Below the pieces are notes generated by a model. The model had not been told where the DNA came from. It made no database searches and saw only the letters and a program-made list of their open reading frames with translations. Positions 60,437 through 64,000 of a stretch of DNA of 64,000 nt are shown piece by piece; position 1 is the first letter of the stretch; each line of letters opens with the position of its first letter. Where the stretch lies: contig JAMCZE010000010.1 in NCBI GenBank assembly GCA_023485845.1, forward strand, positions 20,160 to 84,159, given 5' to 3'. Source of the stretch: Patescibacteria group bacterium (lineage in GTDB: Bacteria; Patescibacteriota; Microgenomatia; JAMCZE01). The translations under genes and the position numbers were made by a program.

Positions 60437-60470
60437 CGAGACAGCGGAAGAAAACAGAAAAACAGGCAGA

Positions 60471-60830
60471 TTACTTCTCCCGTTTCTTTTCACAGGTCAA
60501 ACACAGTGTGGCCGTTGGCATGGCCGCCAGTCGATCCGTGTCAATCATTTTGCCGCAAGACTCGCAGATGCCATATTTGCCGACCTTAATCTTGGTCATC
60601 GCCTTGCGGGTTTGCACCAGCATCAGATCTAATTGCTTGCGCAGGGCTTCTGTTCGTTCGTGGCCCGCTTTATTCTGGGCATCGGAATCTTCCGCCGCCC
60701 GATCCAACAGTCGGGATTTGTCCTCAAAAGGATCCTCCTTCTTCAGTTTTGCCATGTGACTCTCCAAGTCTTCCCTTCTTGTTTCCAAATGCTTATTAAT
60801 TTGTCTTAAAAGATCTTTTGGGAATTGCAT
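60471..60830 (-). CDS. DksA/TraR-family C4 zinc-finger protein
   Basis: C-terminal CESCGKMI...CLTCE plus an N-terminal coiled coil. Confidence 0.65.
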   Translation of the reverse strand: MQFPKDLLRQINKHLETRREDLESHMAKLKKEDPFEDKSRLLDRAAEDSDAQNKAGHERTEALRKQLDLMLVQTRKAMTKIKVGKYGICESCGKMIDTDRLAAMPTATLCLTCEKKREK

Positions 60831-61425
60831 AAAGCAATAACTTAAATAACCGCCAATAGCGAGCAATCAGAATTATCAAAATCACCGCTGCCGGCAACCA
60901 CATTAAAAGGGATGATAATTGAAAAATCAAGTAGCCAAGAATAAATAGGCCATAACGGCGCGAGAAATCAGCCAAAAACACATTGTGGCGCAGCTGTCGG
61001 GCCAAAAAGAACATTAGAACCGTTAAAAGTGCCGCCACCGCGGACAGGGAGTAGTTTTGTGTTCCCAAAAAACCCAGTGCCAAAACCGGGAAGCTGGCCA
61101 GACCAAAGATATCCAACATTAACAGCCAATCAAGACCAAAAGAAATTGAGGCAAGGATGGTGGCTATCCCCGCCGCGGCCACAAATGGCAGCAGTTCCCA
61201 ACCGGGATATTTGACAACTAGAATTAACCGGGACAAGTCGTTCGAGAAAATCCCCCAATGAAGATAAATGTAGCCGGCCCGGGCGGCAATTAGACCCAGC
61301 ATTGTTGCCAAAAGCAGCGTGTCCAACACCTGCTCTTGGGCCAAACCACGCGTTCTAGCCTGGTTCCACACCAGAAAAGTGAAAACAAGAAACGAAATTA
61401 CTAGTGTTAAGCCAATTGGGACCAT
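60796..61425 (-). CDS. Lgt-like (prolipoprotein diacylglyceryl transferase homolog) membrane protein, divergent
   Basis: ATMLGLIAARAGYIY and GLFILGYLIFQ resemble the Lgt G-R-x-G-Y and GYG-FR regions, but the protein is short. Confidence 0.4.
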   Translation of the reverse strand: MVPIGLTLVISFLVFTFLVWNQARTRGLAQEQVLDTLLLATMLGLIAARAGYIYLHWGIFSNDLSRLILVVKYPGWELLPFVAAAGIATILASISFGLDWLLMLDIFGLASFPVLALGFLGTQNYSLSAVAALLTVLMFFLARQLRHNVFLADFSRRYGLFILGYLIFQLSSLLMWLPAAVILIILIARYWRLFKLLLYAIPKRSFKTN

Positions 61426-62675
61426 CGCCGATAATTATACACGGCAAAGCCGGTGAGGACTAACCCCAAAAGCAGCATCACCAGGCGAACGCCAAAAACA
61501 TCGGCAATCGCCCCGGCCAAAATCACCGGGAAAAGCGAGGCCATCCCCACCACGGTGGAGATCACACCATAAACCCGGCTGCGCACCGCCTCTGGAGTGT
61601 TTTCTTGAATTAGGGTGTTAGTTGGCACGTCCAGGAAAGCATTAGCCACCCCCAAGATCAGCAACATCGCCGTGCTGGCGATTAACGTGGCTGGTAAAAA
61701 GTCAACAAAACTATAGCTGATCACCACGGCCCCGGCCACAAACAGGCCAGCGCGCACCACCGCCACCCGGGATTGGTGATGGAAAAATTGGCCCACCAAC
61801 ATTGCCCCGGCAATCATGCCCAGGGCTGCCGGGGCCATAATAAACAGGGACACGCCAGCCGCGCCAACGCCAAGAATCTTATCGGCAAAGCCCGGGGCAA
61901 TGGCACCTAACACGCCAATGGACACCTGGGACACGCCCATGATTAAGATGCCCTTACGCACAACCGGGGTTTTGTAAAGATAGTCCAGCCCCTCCATAAG
62001 ATCGGCAAAGATCAAACCCCGGCGCCAGGTTTTAAAATTAAGCCAGGAGGGCTTAAGTGACTGCCCTTGCCAGTGCCGAACCAGCCACTCCCGAATGGCA
62101 TTGCCCGGCAGTCGGGCGGTGAAAGCAGAAGCCGCCAGAAAGGCTAAAGCCACAATAAAAAAAGTGATCTTGTCTCCCAGCAGAGACAAAAACGGCCCAG
62201 CTAACACGTTGCCGATGATCACCGAACTAAAAAATGTCAAGGAAAAAAGGCTGTTGGCCGTCAGTAACATCTTTTTGTCCTTGACCACCTCATGAATGGT
62301 GGCCGCCTCGGCCGGGAAGAAAAATTGGGTAATTGTGGAAATTAAAAAGATCAACAAATAAAGCCAGCTTAAAGTTTCGGCGGAGATCAAAAAAGCCAGC
62401 ACGGCCAGCACCCGAAGAAAATGGGCAAAAAACATGACCACCTTGCGCTGCGATCGGTCCACCAGCACCCCTGCCAGAGCCCCGAAGATGACGTTGGGAA
62501 TGGTCACCAAGAGCACCACCACCGCCACGGCCGCGTTGCTGCCGGTTAGCTCATAAACCCGGATCATCAGGGAGAAAAAAAGCAGCTGGAGAAAAATCTG
62601 GGAGATCACCTGGGCCAGCCACAAATTGCGAAACGGCTCAATTTTGAGAACTTTTAAGACGGCGATGTCATTCAC
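61407..62675 (-). CDS. MFS transporter
   Basis: About 12 TM helices, 422 aa. Confidence 0.75.
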   Translation of the reverse strand: MNDIAVLKVLKIEPFRNLWLAQVISQIFLQLLFFSLMIRVYELTGSNAAVAVVVLLVTIPNVIFGALAGVLVDRSQRKVVMFFAHFLRVLAVLAFLISAETLSWLYLLIFLISTITQFFFPAEAATIHEVVKDKKMLLTANSLFSLTFFSSVIIGNVLAGPFLSLLGDKITFFIVALAFLAASAFTARLPGNAIREWLVRHWQGQSLKPSWLNFKTWRRGLIFADLMEGLDYLYKTPVVRKGILIMGVSQVSIGVLGAIAPGFADKILGVGAAGVSLFIMAPAALGMIAGAMLVGQFFHHQSRVAVVRAGLFVAGAVVISYSFVDFLPATLIASTAMLLILGVANAFLDVPTNTLIQENTPEAVRSRVYGVISTVVGMASLFPVILAGAIADVFGVRLVMLLLGLVLTGFAVYNYRRWSQLA

Positions 62676-62703
62676 AGGATTTAATGATATACTATTCGGA
62701 CTT

Positions 62704-63159
62704 ATGACCGCAACCGCTCATGCCATCGTTGGCGCCGCGATCGCCTCGAAAATCCCTAACCCCGTCATTGCCCTGCCGATTATCTTTGTTTCCCATTTCC
62801 TGGGCGACAAGCTCCCCCATTGGGATCCGATGACCGCCGCCAAAACCAAGACTAAAGCCCAAATTTTTTGGCAGACGGTGGCAGACGTGCTGCTGGGTTA
62901 TTCCCTGGTGCTGCTTTTCATCTGGTATAAAGACCTTAACCCCGTCTATATATTGCTAGGGGCGTTCACGGCCCAACTGCCGGACTGGTTGGAGTTGCCC
63001 CATATGTTCACCGACCGCAAATTCGTTTTCAGTGAAATTAACTATAAGGTTCAGAAGTGGTTCCATGACATCGGTTTCAACTCCCGAATGGCCGCCCCCT
63101 GGGGTGTGGTCCCCCAAGCCCTCGTTGCCGGCGCCTTTCTCCTGTGGGCCCTTATTTAA
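62704..63159 (+). CDS. DUF457-like membrane-bound metal-dependent hydrolase
   Basis: MTATAHAIVGAAIA N-terminus and conserved His/Asp; start chosen downstream of the divergent MFS gene. Confidence 0.4.
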   Translation: MTATAHAIVGAAIASKIPNPVIALPIIFVSHFLGDKLPHWDPMTAAKTKTKAQIFWQTVADVLLGYSLVLLFIWYKDLNPVYILLGAFTAQLPDWLELPHMFTDRKFVFSEINYKVQKWFHDIGFNSRMAAPWGVVPQALVAGAFLLWALI

Positions 63160-63727
63160 CCCGCTCGACGTAATCGCCGGTTTCGGTGTTCACCAGGACT
63201 TCCTGGCCGGTTTCCACAAACAGCGGCACTTTGATTTTGGCACCCGTTTCAATTTGGGCCTCTTTATAAATGTTAGTCACACTGTTGCCCTTAAATCCCG
63301 GCTCGGTATCAGTCACCATAAATTTCATTTTCAGGGGTAAAGCGATGGAGATAGCTTTGTCATTATAAAATTTCAGGTCCACTTCTGTTCCCTCTTTTAA
63401 AAATTTGCCGTAGTCCCCCACCAAACTGCCGTCGACCGGGAACTGTTCATAGGAAACCGGGTCCATGAACACATAGCCGGAAGCGTCTTGATATAAATAT
63501 TGCGCCTTTCGCTTTTCCAGATTAACGTCCTGCACCCGGGCACCGTTAATAAAAGCCTTTTCAATGGTGGCGCCGGAAAGAAGATTTCTTATTTTCACTT
63601 TAATCGTGGCGGTGCCCCGACCCATTTTGACATGCTCATATTTGAGCACCACCCAAGGTCCATGCCCTGAGCCTGTCGAAGGGTCCTCAAAGACAATTCC
63701 CGCCCGCAGGTCGGTGACGTTAATCAT
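63152..63727 (-). CDS. efp: elongation factor P
   Basis: KPGKG-like loop region (KMGRGTATIKVKIRNL) and three OB domains, 191 aa. Confidence 0.85.
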   Translation of the reverse strand: MINVTDLRAGIVFEDPSTGSGHGPWVVLKYEHVKMGRGTATIKVKIRNLLSGATIEKAFINGARVQDVNLEKRKAQYLYQDASGYVFMDPVSYEQFPVDGSLVGDYGKFLKEGTEVDLKFYNDKAISIALPLKMKFMVTDTEPGFKGNSVTNIYKEAQIETGAKIKVPLFVETGQEVLVNTETGDYVERVK

Positions 63728-63729
63728 AG

Positions 63730-63936
63730 TTAAATTTTACCTAATTGCCGCGCTAAACTCCAGGCCTCATTTAAATTCTTTTCAAACTCGGCAATCCCCG
63801 CTTCCCAAAATTGGCTGTCGGTGATGTCTGCCCCCATTCGCAAAAATAAATCCTGCGGCGCCCGGGACGTTCCGGCGGACAAAAAGGCGATCACTTTTTC
63901 GATAAACTCCGGATCTTGGCGGACCTTGCCTTGCAA
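63730..63936 (-). CDS. hypothetical protein, C-terminal part (the ORF may extend beyond the window)
   Basis: ORF evidence only. Confidence 0.25.
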   Translation of the reverse strand: MQGKVRQDPEFIEKVIAFLSAGTSRAPQDLFLRMGADITDSQFWEAGIAEFEKNLNEAWSLARQLGKI

Positions 63937-64000
63937 AAACTTAGAGATTAGCAGCCCAGAAGAATAGGAATAGACATAAAAATAGTATCGGAAGTGATTA

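Overview
This 64 kb window is a gene-dense chromosomal segment from a bacterium. Its content suggests a reduced-genome, surface-attached lifestyle, possibly Patescibacteria/CPR-like. That inference rests on many type IV pilus genes, a vestigial ACP fused to NusB, a short HolB, an H+-pyrophosphatase, and giant secreted LamG proteins. No database search was possible. Annotated content in order: pheS (3' end) and pheT; a class A PBP; a T-box leader (canonical antiterminator/terminator) followed by tRNA-Tyr(GUA), an unknown ORF and tyrS; recG; rpmF; a nusB-ACP-like fusion; rnc; rpsP; a KH protein; a T4P locus on the minus strand (pilD, two pseudopilins, pilM/N/O); def; YfhO-like and DUF2723-like membrane GT-C proteins; a second T4P locus (pilA, pilC, pilT, pilB) interrupted by a four-helix-bundle (23S-IVS-type) ORF inside a hairpin repeat; murF-like; rpmG; an AT-rich accessory island (about 27.1-34.2 kb); a block of secreted Cys-rich/LamG proteins including a 1293-aa giant; holB, gyrB, hppA, gyrA; a SIMPL protein; a Xer-type recombinase with a 600-bp repeat-bearing non-coding region; ruvC, a Zn-ribbon ORF, yebC; a TPR protein; an LCP protein; tgt; an RNHCP protein; a CPA2 antiporter; RluA; DksA-like and Lgt-like proteins; an MFS transporter; a DUF457-like protein; efp. 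The AT-rich island has two HEPN/MNT toxin-antitoxin pairs bracketing a translationally coupled 5-gene operon (CCA/polyA-type nucleotidyltransferase fused to nucleoside-diphosphate kinase, GT2, HD hydrolase, GT4, HprK-like P-loop protein), followed by a small transmembrane peptide and a terminator. A family of degenerate heptamer tandem arrays (TCAAAAG/ATTTGAA-like) recurs genome-wide, in intergenic DNA and in-frame inside housekeeping genes. No rRNA, CRISPR array or transposase was seen.
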